Below, piece by piece: positions 12,324-24,460 of a stretch of 64,000 nucleotides of DNA. Source of the stretch: the human T2T-CHM13v2.0 reference genome, Homo sapiens. The translations under genes and the position numbers were made by a program. Each line of letters starts with the position of its first letter. Position 1 is the first letter of the stretch. The stretch is from NCBI RefSeq assembly GCF_009914755.1, contig NC_060926.1; one strand, written 5' to 3'. The notes beneath the pieces are model-generated. The model did not search any database, was not told the origin of the DNA, and worked only from the letters and a program-made list of their open reading frames with translations.

Positions 12324-13539
12324 CCAGGACTCTCTCGTGTGTACAAGTCCTTGACAAAAGCACTTTTAGACTGTATCCCTGTTTCATACTTTTCCAAAAG
12401 CGGGGGGACGGTAGGTATGACTCCAATTTGGGGTAAGGAGATTGAGAGTCACAGTGATTAAGAGACTGCTCAAGCTCTCAGAGTTCAGGGCATTTTGTAA
12501 ACCAAACAGAAGAAAGGCTCATTTAGGAGAAGGAAGGTAAAGGGTTGGCCTTCGACACTTCTAGTTCTGCTTTCAACATTTAATGATGGGAAAGACAGGA
12601 AAATGCATGGAGAAAGGGGAATGAGGAAGTAGGCAAAGAGAAAAGGCTCAGTAGTGCTGAATGCAAGCCATGCCACACCCTCTCTCAGCTTGTTTGCTAC
12701 ATCTGGCATGAGTCCGCTCTGCCAGTGCACCTCCCTTCTCTGTGGCAGGTACTCCCCCATCTCATTCCATCTTTCACAGCCCTCTTTCAGGGGTTCTTTG
12801 CCCATTCAGCTTCCTCTTCTCCCTCCTTAACTAAGTACTTTCATCAAGTTTAATATTTGGTCTTCAACTGTTTCTTCTCTTAGGAAATTCATTCAGTGCC
12901 ATGTTTTTAATTAATGAATCTCCTCTGATGCTGCTCAGTTCTTCCTTGTGTGTGTATGTGTTTTTTTTAAAACTCACCAAAGCTTTGGTTTTTCTCTCTT
13001 CCTCTTTCTACTTAAATACCTTAATATTTTATTAGGATTCTTAAATATCCAGTGAAATATTTAAGTAGTGAAATATCAAGCCCACGACTTTCTAAATCTC
13101 ATCTTCAATATTATCTCAAACATGGCTTTCCCTGTCTCTCTCCATATCTCTTTTCATTCACTAGCACTCACTCTCCCAATCTCCTACCAAGCTCGGGGTC
13201 CTCGTGCCACCACTAACTCAGTAATTCCTGAACCCAGGTGATCAATAACTCTTCCAAATTTTGTCTTTGATATGTTTCCAATCTTTACTTTCTCCCTTCA
13301 CTGTTCCTAGACACATGCAAAAAACACATAATAGTTCTCCCTGCATCCAGCTTTTCAACCCTGTCTGTTGCATTAATTTACCTTAAATACCCCTTTAAAC
13401 ATCTCTCCATTACCTATTCTACCCATGCTTGAACTTGAAGAACTTGTTCAAACATTATCTTTTCCATGAAACTATCACTAATCTCTTCAACTATTTAGTT
13501 GGCTATTTTCTAAGAAACTAGAAAGGGCATTACATTTGT

Positions 13540-13720
13540 TGACTTCCTACTTATGTCCTAGACACTGTGCCAGGTACTTTGCATGTATGCTTTTATTTAA
13601 TTAACTTCACAACAATCTTATGAGGTAGGTGTTATTATTCCCATTTGTGCATATGAGAAAACAAAAAGCTCATACAAGTTTTGAGCATTACACCTTGCCT
13701 GAAATCCCAGAGCTCACAAA
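13540..13720 (-). mobile_element. MIR fragment
   Basis: TGTGCCAGGTACTTTGC...CACAACAATCTTATGAGGTAGGTGTTATTATTCCCATTTG...ATGAGAAAAC is the MIR core in reverse. Confidence 0.7.
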
Positions 13721-14664
13721 TGAGTAAATTTTCATGGCAACTTATCAATGAAATGATTTTGAGAAACAATGCCCTCTGAGTATGGAAGAAGAAGGGTAAT
13801 GGAAGGTCTGTACGGTACTCAAATATTCATTTTCCAAGCACAGGACATTTTTTACTCATTTGTTTTAAACATAAGAAATAAACACGTGGCTTATGGTTGA
13901 AAGAGGGATAACAAGACAGAGGATGGTGAGTAGAAAAAGAGTGATTTCTGACATTTATCAGTTTTACTTTCTATTGTGGTTTTCCTTGCAAGTTGTGGAG
14001 TAAGACTGAAAGACTGTGATTTCACAGAACATCAGAAACGGATTCCACTCTGTCTGTGGGGCAGCTGCATACTGGCCTTCTGCAAACAAGTGGCACAGGA
14101 AGCTGCTTATTTGGATTTACCTAAGGTGCTGAAGGGCTTCCCTTTCCTAAAATATTCTTCTTTTGGGCTGTCCACTCAATTATACCACTTCCAGCACAAG
14201 AGGCTCCCATTAAAATACAGACCCCAGAACTAGAAGATGCAACCCTTGAAATCCGTCAGGCCCTAGCTAAGTTAGCTCCTCAGTGGGCAACTTGGATATC
14301 TTATTGTGGCAATGGAGTATAGAACCAGTAGTTTTTGATGTCATGACAAAAGAGCCAGGAAAGGTCCAGATCTAGAATATGAGGAGGAGCCATATATCAA
14401 ATGGCACCTCAGGGACTGGGATAAGGAGTGGGAGGGTTCACAGCAGTCATCATCTCTCTCTACTCATTTTACTTGCAGTAAGATTTAAAGTGAGGGGTGA
14501 GGGGGAGCTGTTATAGACAGTTAACATTTAATCTAATTCTGTTGTCAATCACCAATGCCTGTAAGAGTAACAGACATCTGGGTACAAATTCATAAAGCAA
14601 CCAGATCTTCACCTCCCCTTGCTCCTATCTGTAGCTTAATTTTTTTTTTTTTTTTTAAATCATC

Positions 14665-14957
<293 letters not shown>

Positions 14958-15703
14958 TCACTGTTACGGAATAGGGACATATGATGTACTAGGAGAAACA
15001 GGTCTCCTGACTGGCGGAATTCACACTCTAAGGACACTAAGAAAGTGCACGACCAAACAGCATGATGTAGAATTTCATGAAAAAAAAAAAAAAAAAAAAA
15101 AAAACTGTGACTATGAAGATTCTTTGGATTTCATCTGGCTTCAAAGTAACTGGGTTAGACCACAGCCCCAGCTACCCAGATTATAATATTCTTTGCTAGA
15201 GTAGATAATCCACTCCAGAGCAAGCTCTGACAGTAAAAAGATGAAGAGTAATTAAGAGACATGACTATATAATAATATGAATTTCAAAGGGAGAGGATAA
15301 CAGGTAAAAGCTCATGTTCAAACCTCTTGGCCCAAGTGAGCTTGGCTAATAAAACCTTTTACTTAGAATTTACTAAAACTTCTTTAGTTTACACCACAGT
15401 TTTACTCATTTCTTTCTTTCCATTTAGATCTCCTCTTTCATCTGCTACAATATAAAATGTAGGTATATCTCAGTCTGCACTTAGTATATAAAGCTTAATT
15501 TTCTCCTCTGCCTCTATCACTTAGTTACTCCTAAATTCTACCTTTTTGGTAATTTATATTACAAAAGAAACACAAGCTTATTGTACACTTAGAAGACAAA
15601 GAAAAGTAGGTTGAAAAATTAAAATCACCTGAAGTCCTGGATATGATTATTGGTGCATATCATTATAGACTTTATCCACTGGCACGTACAAATGTATAAA
15701 CGT

Positions 15704-15754
15704 ATGTGTGTGCGTGCAAGCATGCGTGCGCGTGCACACACACACACACACACA
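15704..15754. repeat. Alternating purine-pyrimidine tract (TG/CG then (CA)n)
   Basis: TGTGTGTGCGTGCAAGCATGCGTGCGCGTGCACACACACACACACACACA. Confidence 0.85.
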
Positions 15755-16304
15755 ATTTTCCTGTGTGCTAGGGAACGTGCAGCTTTTGAAGAGTCCAGGT
15801 TATAAGCCAAAGCTCTGGAGAGTGGCGTCCACTCCAACCACCACCAACAGATGGCGACAATGGTTGTTAAGTTATTTTAATATTGGTCATTTCAGTTGTA
15901 AATTCATTTAAGGCACATGGGGTCATTTGCAGTGCTTGTGCTAGTTTTAGAATATTTTATGAATATTATTAAACCTGAAAACACAATGGGTGTGTTTAAA
16001 ACAACAGTAAAAAAAAAAGTGATATGTATAAACAAAAAAGATACTTTAACTTTGAGAAAGGGCAGAATGTTGCTCATGCATATAGAATGATAGTTTTCAT
16101 AATAGCTGCTCCTGAAGGACAAACAGGGATTCACACATCCCGTAAAAGACGCTGTGCCTATGTATATGACCATAATTAGCAAGTAGGAGGGACAGGGGAT
16201 TGAAATGAGAAAAAGAAGAGAAAAATAAAACATCAACATCAGAAAACTTATGACCTCGTGAGTTAATTCAGGGGAATAATAAAAGTAATTACTTACAGGT
16301 ATAC

Positions 16305-16341
16305 AGCTCCTACTCTATGCCAGGCACTATTCTAAGCGAGA

Positions 16342-16414
<73 letters not shown>

Positions 16415-16545
16415 GCGCCAATTATTTTAATCTTCATAATCTTTTGGGGAGGTGGAGTATTACTCCTACTTTGTAGATGTGAAACTCAGGAGCAGAGTCA
16501 GTAAGGGACGTATTCAAGGTTACACAACTAAGTAGCAAAGATGGG
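16305..16545 (-). mobile_element. MIR fragment containing a (TG)8(TA)11(CA)14 microsatellite at 16342-16407
   Basis: CTACTCTATGCCAGGCACTATTCTAAGC...TAATCTTCATAAT...CTTTGTAGATGTGAAACTCAGG...CAAGGTTACACAACTAAGTAG. Confidence 0.7.
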
Positions 16546-19500
16546 AGGTAGAATGTTTGCTTTGGAGTTTAAAGGCCAAGCATGTTGACAGCTATGGAAA
16601 CTTGGGTCACCAACCACAGACTGTGCCACAGATTGAAAGTAATTCCCAGTTTGACTCTGCACACAGCTCCAAAAGAGTAAGGAGATGAGGGGTGGACTCC
16701 GTAATTGCTAAGGTCCTTAAGACAGATGCTGATGACATTCAGGAAGAAGTTACCTGACTAAAGACCTTCTGGATACATGACATTGGTCTATCTTGGAATA
16801 ACATGCCCAGTAGAGCATATACCTCAGTGAGGGGGTCGGCAGGACTGGCTTTAAAGCTTAAAAGGAATAACTAAGGTATCTATTTGAGGGAAATGAATTT
16901 GAGGACTACAAATCTATTTGAGGAAACCCCCTCTTGTTATTTTGGAGTTGCTGGGAAAAAAGAAAAAATACAATACACGTCCTCACACATGTACACACAG
17001 ATGAATGCAGTTTTCTAACTCACTTTTTTGGCTGCTTTGTTTTTTCAATGGCCTCCCAGACAAAGGGGATTTCCTAAAACTTGCTTTAGCTCTTTCAACA
17101 GTGGTTGGATAGGGGAAGGAACACAAAGTATACATTACGTCTGTTTAGCAAATAAAGTTTTTTGGAGAATGAGGCCTAAAAATAGTAGAAAGGGTCATTA
17201 CCCATGTTATTCTGAATTCTCACTACCTGGAATAATTCAGCTGGTTATATTTCCTTTATTTACTTGGCATGTAAAGTGGTATTTGGAGATGAGATAGAAG
17301 ATGTAAAAATTTATTAGGCAATCAAAATCAAGTAAATTTTATATGACATTTACCTCTTTTGCCCTGATGATTTTCAATGTTTCTACTTCCAAGACACAAA
17401 AATTAAGGGTATAGAAAGATATTCCCCATTTCATTTGGTTGTTCTGGCCTAACTCTTACATTAGATAGCTGCCCCTTCCACTTGTGTTATATGGCTGAGT
17501 GTACCTTTATGAATAAAAGATTCCTGGTGTATGTAGCTGGAATTGAAGCCAGGGTTTAAAGGAGAATGCTTGGCAAGAAAAGCTACTGCAGACCTAAAGG
17601 TCAGAAACAACTGAAAACCAGGCGCTGAAGGTGAAGGGATTACGGGAAAGATAAGTACAGTCAAGAAAGGAGAGATCAAACCAAGAAATCAACTCAAAAA
17701 TATTTATAGCATGTTTACAGTATGCCCTTTCAAGGCCTGTGAAAAATACAGCAGATGCCACACCTACCATTAAGGAGGACAGTCCTTTGGGGTATGTAAA
17801 AAACTTTTAATACTAAAAAATAACTAAAAATATGAGACCCTGTATGATGTATGCTAAATAAAGGAGGCATAAACATAGAGGGAAGGTCAAGTTGAGTAAG
17901 AAAAACTGGAGAAAACAAAAATCTAGGTGGGCTCTGTAGGACAATAAAGAATCTAATGCAAACCTATGTAGTGAGTTATGGAAACTTAAGTCTCCAAAAG
18001 TCTTGGAGGACTCTGCATTCTAAGAAAAGGACAGAGAGAACAGAATGAGACTGGAGGATTTGGAACTGTAGAATGAAATCACAAGAGCAATTATTTTAGT
18101 AAGATTAACGAAAATTTTTGTCCAGGATTAGCAGAGAGAGATGCCACATTTTATTTATTTTCTTGCTTTTTGTACTTTGGCAATAACACTTAAGTTCAAG
18201 AAATTACAATGAGGGATGACAAGACGGAGGGGGTGAATGGAAAGGCTCTACAGGGCAGGAGAGATTAAAGACAAAGGATTTCTTTGAAGAAGTCTTAAAT
18301 GCTTAACTTGACATCTGAGAAAAATAATCCATGGTATCTGTGCAATGGAAAGCCAGTGGCTTGTCTCTGTGAATTTAGAAGATGGGGAAAAAGAATCACA
18401 AAGTTCACTTTTCTGAACTGTCCTGGAAAGGAAAACAATTTCAGCTCCAGCCACAGATGCAAAGCCTGCAGATTTGAGGTGATTTAGCAGAAGTTCAGAC
18501 AATCCTCATGTGGTCTAACTCTCAGCTAGCCTAGCTGCCTTACAGCATGTGAGCTGATGAAGACTGAATTACAGAAGCATTGGGACAGTTATCACATTTT
18601 TTCAAGAGAAGATACAGACATCTACATACCTGATTTTTCATAACTTTGAAATTTTCAGATCAACACATCCTTTGAGAGTACAAATGAAACTGGTCATCTC
18701 TACCCAGATTTTGAGACTAATAACCTTTTCTCACTAAATTGAGAATCATTCCTGTTAATGTCTTACCAACATGCCTGGGTGAATCCATTATAAATAGTAT
18801 ATGAAGGTAACAATTGATGCTGTTTACTGTATGTATAACTTGGACTAAAAAATTCATATAAAACACTAAAACTATCTCATTAAAAATCGCTAAGATGCAT
18901 TTTTTTGCCATAGACTATGAAAAATGTATAACCTCTCTTCTAAATAAAAGAGCATATTATAAAGCATTTGATTTATTACACAGACTTGCTATTATAGTTT
19001 AGTATCAAGTCTATTATGATCTGCAATCAAGGTAACGTAGCTTTACATTATTTTATGGTCTTTTAAGAGCACATTGCACACAAAAGGTCATTTACATTAT
19101 CTTATGACAATATTTTTACCACAAGTCACTGTACTACAGCACTTAAGGATGTAGTCACAGATGGCCAGACCCAAATTAGTGCTCCCGAGTACTAACATGT
19201 CAGAGGAAAATAATATGTGCCGAAAATGAAACCCAGAATTTTGCAAGTAAAATGTATATTATCTATCATAAAAATGAATCCCTAAATGTCTCAAACACTG
19301 ATGAATGTCCAACTTTTAAAGCAAAGGCAATTTGATCATAGAAAGTGGCCTTCTATTTCTGAATTGAATTTATGAACTGACAATAATTATTTCTTAAATT
19401 TTCTTCCTCTCCCACCAAAACCTGTAATGTATTTTCTTTGCTTTGACAGTGTCACCCTTGTGTTTATATACTACTTAACTTTACTGAAACATAAGGAAGA

Positions 19501-21499
19501 CAATGTTATAATGGAAAGAAGAGAGAGTTGCCACCAGAGAGACCATATCAAGTGCTGATATGGCCAATGGGCAGCCCTGTGACTCTGGTGTAGTTAGTTG
19601 CCTGGCCTCAGGATCCTCATCTGTAAAGTTGTATGATAATGTCTCCCTCACAGCACTGTTATAAATGACCACTATGGTGCCTGACATATAATGAATATTC
19701 AATGACTAATAAGTGTTATTCTTTTCTCCCATACCCTTCAATTAAGGGCACTTCTAATTACTTGAGACTTGAGAGCATTTACCTAGACTACCTTCTTACC
19801 CTAATATCAATGTGATCCAATGTGGCAAAATATTGAGAAAAGAGAGACACAACTTTTTTGTAACTTTTCAGCACAGTTTTTTTTTTTTTCATATTGTAAC
19901 CTCTCAACATACATTGGTTTGAGTGAATAAAATATAAACATGTAATATGATTTTCCCCCAAAAAGTGTTTGGTGTGGGGAATTGGCAGCAGTGAGGAGAA
20001 GGGAAATACATTTTGCCTTAGAAAATGAATATGACCTTATAGTTTATGCCAATTTAGCTCAAAAAATCACAGGAGGGAAGCAAGGCAATTTAGGAACTTA
20101 AAATGGAATTAAAAATTAGCACCCTCCCCCCGCCCCCAACACCACGGAAACAAAACTATAAGGGGCTGGGGTGGGGCGGAACGTGTGCAAAAAACCCAGA
20201 AAAGCTTTCGTTTCTAAACTGTTTTTCAAGTGTCTCTAAATTTGTCACTCCTTTTAAAGTAAATCACACAACTGGAAATCTTACACACACATACACAACC
20301 AGATAACTGTGTCAGAATCTGTAGAAAGTGAATGCATTAAACTCCATCACTGAAAACCATAAATGACTGCTTCATTCAAAACAAGAACAGCATGACAGAC
20401 AGTAAAAGTAAACATCCTCTCTGAAGCAAAACAGAGTTATCTGAAGCTATTAAAACAGTGTGCAAAATTACCTAGAAATTTCTCTTGATTCTGATACAAG
20501 CTAAAAAGGCAAGAGTCAAATTGGACATTTCTTCGACTGAACACTAACGCTGGCTTTGATCCAAAACACTCCACCAGCATATTGATTTTCAAACGTAGTC
20601 CATCCTTTTCTCAAGTAATAAATCCTGACTGCCCTGTGACCTTGAAAAGCCAGTCTGAAGAACAGACTGACAAGGAAAATGATATCTATTTTACTCACTT
20701 CAGCTCTAAAAAATTTGGGGATAGGATATAAACATATCCCTAGTAAAAGACACACTTGGACTGTATAAGCAAGGGAATGCTACCACAGCCTGCCAGCAGA
20801 GTTGACGTTTCTAAACTTAGACGTTTGGCTCAAAGGTCACTTGTGACAATGGTTACAGCTGTAAGAGCGGATCTGATGGAAAAGGATACATAGCCCCCCG
20901 TATTGATTTCTTACTGGTTTGTCTGCAAACTACCCTGTCCTTAGATACTGCAGATAAAGATGAGCAATCATTGCGGAGGTAGGATAGTACGGCTCCAAAA
21001 ATTCAGAATCTTGAAACTCAAGAAAATCAGAGAGGAATTATCTTTATATGAAAACACGTAACTATAAAGAGCACCAAATGCTGTAAAATTACTTTAGTAT
21101 CAGTTTCTCACAATTACCATATCCCAAATGAAGGTAAACATGCCTCACCCTCAATAGAGCTTGAATCCACTGTTTTCCAGATAATGATGTTCTTCTGCTT
21201 GTAGTTGGCAAGTGTAGGGTCTGGGTATGGAGATCAGGGCTAAAAGTGCTTCTTATCTATATGATTGTCAGTAAGCATTTACCAATCTTGTTTTGAGAAA
21301 CCTTGCATAATAGGAGAGCTGTTGATAGGATGGCAAAATGCTATTCAGATTCCTTAAAAAACAAAAAAACTAGATTCTAGAAACTAAAGGCAGATAAGAC
21401 CAATGTTGATCTGAGGCAAAATTCTAGATTGGATTAGTAAATAGAAGGTCAGAGACACTTATGAAAAGAACAAGTACTAGCAAAGTCCTTAAGAGCAAG

Positions 21500-21570
21500 T
21501 CATGACACCTTAATTTTAGACTTGTAACCTCCAGAACTGTAAGAACATTAAACTTTTGCTATTTCTACTT
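21500..21570 (+). mobile_element. Short MLT1-type LTR fragment
   Basis: GACACCTTAATTTTAGACTTGTAACCTCCAGAACTGTAAGA resembles the MLT1 3' portion. Confidence 0.55.
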
Positions 21571-22240
21571 TGGGGAGTGGTGAGAAAATCAGGGCTGCTT
21601 AGGAATGTTACATAATGTATTCTGATTTGAGTTAAATAAAAAAATCATTATTTGCTCATACATCAGATGAAGAAACCTGGGAAGATGAAATGTGGCTTGA
21701 GTGAGTGGGTAACTGGATGAACGAGTGATTGAGTTGTCAACTGTTGGTTAGCGGTCATGGTGAACACGAAGGGAGGCATCTGGGGATATGCCATATAGCT
21801 CTGTTCTTGGCCAGCACTTGTAAAAGACATTTTAAACAATGACATAAATCAGGTCATTGGTGGCACACTTATCAAATATATAAATGTCCCAAAGCTCAGG
21901 GGGATGGTGAATGTAAGATGACAGAATTAACACTTCCAATTATTTCAACAGGCTAGAATGAATACTTAGCCAAAGTCAATAAAATAACATTCACTAGGGA
22001 AAAATAGGTCTTATACATAAGTTCCAAAGGGGCAAAATCAACTGTACAAATTTAGAAAAAGCCTTGGCTTGTTCACATGAAAATATGTTTTTTTTTTTTG
22101 TTTGTTTGCTTTTGATTAAGCACAAGTTCAAGTTCCCAGAATAACTAAAATATAGGTTGCACTGAAAAAAAAAAAATGAGCCGATCATAGAAAGACACTA
22201 TGCTCTTGGGCCTTTCTGCTCACCATTCTCCAACACTCAC

Positions 22241-22693
22241 TGTTATGGGTTGAACTGTGTTCCCCCAAAAGATATGTGGAAGTCCTATGCCCCAAGACCT
22301 CTGAAGGTGATCTTATTTAGAAACAGGGTCTTTGAAGATGTAGTCAAGTTAAGATGAGTCTCTCAGGGTAGGCCCTAATCCAGTGTGACTATTGTCCTCA
22401 TAAGAGGGAGATGTGAACAGAGACACATGGGGAGAAGGCTGCGTGAAAACGGAGGCAGAGATTGGAGGGAGAGATTCCTGCAAGCCAGGAACTTACTAAG
22501 GATTGCTGACAAACTACCAAAGCTGGAAGAGGTAACGAAGCATGTTCCCCCACAGGTTTCAAAGGGAGCATGGCCCTGCTGACACCTTAATTTTGGATTT
22601 CTAGCCTCCACAACCGTAAGACAGTAACTATTAGTTGTTTTAAGCTACCCAGGTTGTGGTACTGTGTTACAGCAGTCTTAACAAATGAATAAA
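22241..22693 (+). mobile_element. MaLR solo LTR (MLT1B/C-like)
   Basis: TGTTATGGGTTGAACTGTGTTCCCCCAAAAGATATG start; GGAGCATGGCCCTGCTGACACCTTAATTTTGGATTTCTAGCCTCCA; end TGTTACAGCAGTC...AATAAA. Confidence 0.88.
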
Positions 22694-24296
22694 ACTCCAG
22701 CCAGCTTGCCTGTATATCGCTATACAGGTCCCTGTCCTGCCCTGCTCCACCTTAATTTCCTGCCCTTTAAGATTTTCCTTCACCAGGGAAATTTAGCATC
22801 TTTCTGCAAGACTCAGTTTAATGGCATTCTCTAGCATTTTCCGACCTTCCCTGGCTGAGCTGAGTGCTGTCTCTGCACTCTGCCCATGGCATCCTGTCCA
22901 CGCAGCATCTTGGTGCAGCAATCAGCACACTGCTACATTATCTGCATGGCTGTCATCCCCATTAGGTGTGTGCCCTTGGACTGTGTGTTTTCCTCCTCGT
23001 ATATGAGGCCTCAGCATAGTGCCTGAAAATAATAAACATTTGACATTCAGAAGAAAGGAGTGGAGGAATAAATAAATAAGACAGCCTGTTTTCATGAAGT
23101 GTTTTCTACATTGAATGCAATTATTCTAAACATCTCCTTTAACCTGGTCTTCTGAGCTCTTTCAGAAGAGAGTAAGCACCATAAACAAAGAGCTAGAAAT
23201 CACATCCTACAAGGAAGGAACAGTTGAAGTTCTTACCGATGCTTACCTAGAAAAGGAAAGACTATAAAGCAGGCCTTTCCAAGAACTGGAGTCGAGTGTT
23301 TGCAGTCACTAGAAGTTTTCTAGCAGAACTAGCCTGGGTCAGGGAGGGTGCTGCAGAGCAGGGTTTCACAAAAACTAACCTGGGGAAAGATGATCACCAC
23401 TGTGTCAGCAGAAAAATAGGTGCCATGGATTTGTCAAAAAATTAAGTTCGATTATGTACTTCTAATTTTTTTGATAGTGAAATGGTCTTTCTTTTTAAGA
23501 AAGAGTGATAAAAGATGGTGGTTGTTGGAGTTTGTGTTCTTTTTGACTCTATGCTGGATCCCTAACCCTAATTATTTTTGTTTAGTTTACTGGTCCTTAA
23601 AATCTAAAAATCTAGGAAACTACTAAAATATGGTGGGTTGGGGATAGAGGCTTTGATATCCCTGCTTTGAAAGAGGACTGGACTTCTTGTTGATACAAGA
23701 TGAATGTCAGTAAATATAATGATTACATGTACAGAATTACTGAGTAAAAGAATAGCGGCAAAGATACCTTTTAAAAACCACACCTCACAGCATTCAATTT
23801 ATTTTAATTTCAAGTTATAAACTGGGACAAAAACGTCCCAATACAATTTTGTAAAATCTTGTATGAATTGACCATGCCACAAACAAAAATCCACATAAGA
23901 GAAAAAAAAAATCAAACAACAGGGGGAGGCATCTGATTAGCTTTTCTCCTCATTCTCTCTGGGATTCAGCTGAAGTGAGCATGTTATCAGCAATGATGCC
24001 TCCTCACACTTCCTGTGACTATCCTGCTGAATTAGCAGAACACAACCCCTCCACTGCCCTGACTTCCTGCTTCCTCTCCCGCTTTGTTCAGGGCTTACTT
24101 AACTTTGTATGCTTAAATGGTCAGGGTAAAAATGGGTCCTGAACATCCATGCAGGATTTTACAGGTCTGTCAAAAGACCCCTCAGAGCCAAAAAGGAGTG
24201 AATCCTCCAAGGGGAGCTGAGATCCTAATGATACTAGAAAATCACTGAAGACATGGGGTCAAAGCATGGAACCAGAAAGCTTCTTTACATGACATG

Positions 24297-24460
24297 GTTT
24301 TATATATATATATAAAGTATGTTTTTTATACATATATTTTATATATATAATGTTTTATATATATAAAACATACTTTATATGTGTATAAATGCATACACGA
24401 GTGTTTATACAGACATACACATACACTCATATGTGCATATGTCTATACACACACATACAT
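24297..24460. repeat. (TA)-rich low-complexity tract with nested inverted repeats
   Basis: TATA runs; 22-bp palindrome ATGTTTTATATATATAAAACAT (24350-24371); 16-bp inverted pair 24310-24325 / 24365-24380. Confidence 0.85.

Noticed and set aside
15080-15104. Solitary A25 run as a possible tail-only retrotransposition
   Set aside because: No target-site duplication or upstream element body is visible, so treated as a simple mononucleotide repeat.
21663-21845. 60-aa ORF in non-repetitive sequence on the RBMS1 sense strand
   Set aside because: No recognisable domain, splice context or homology I can support.
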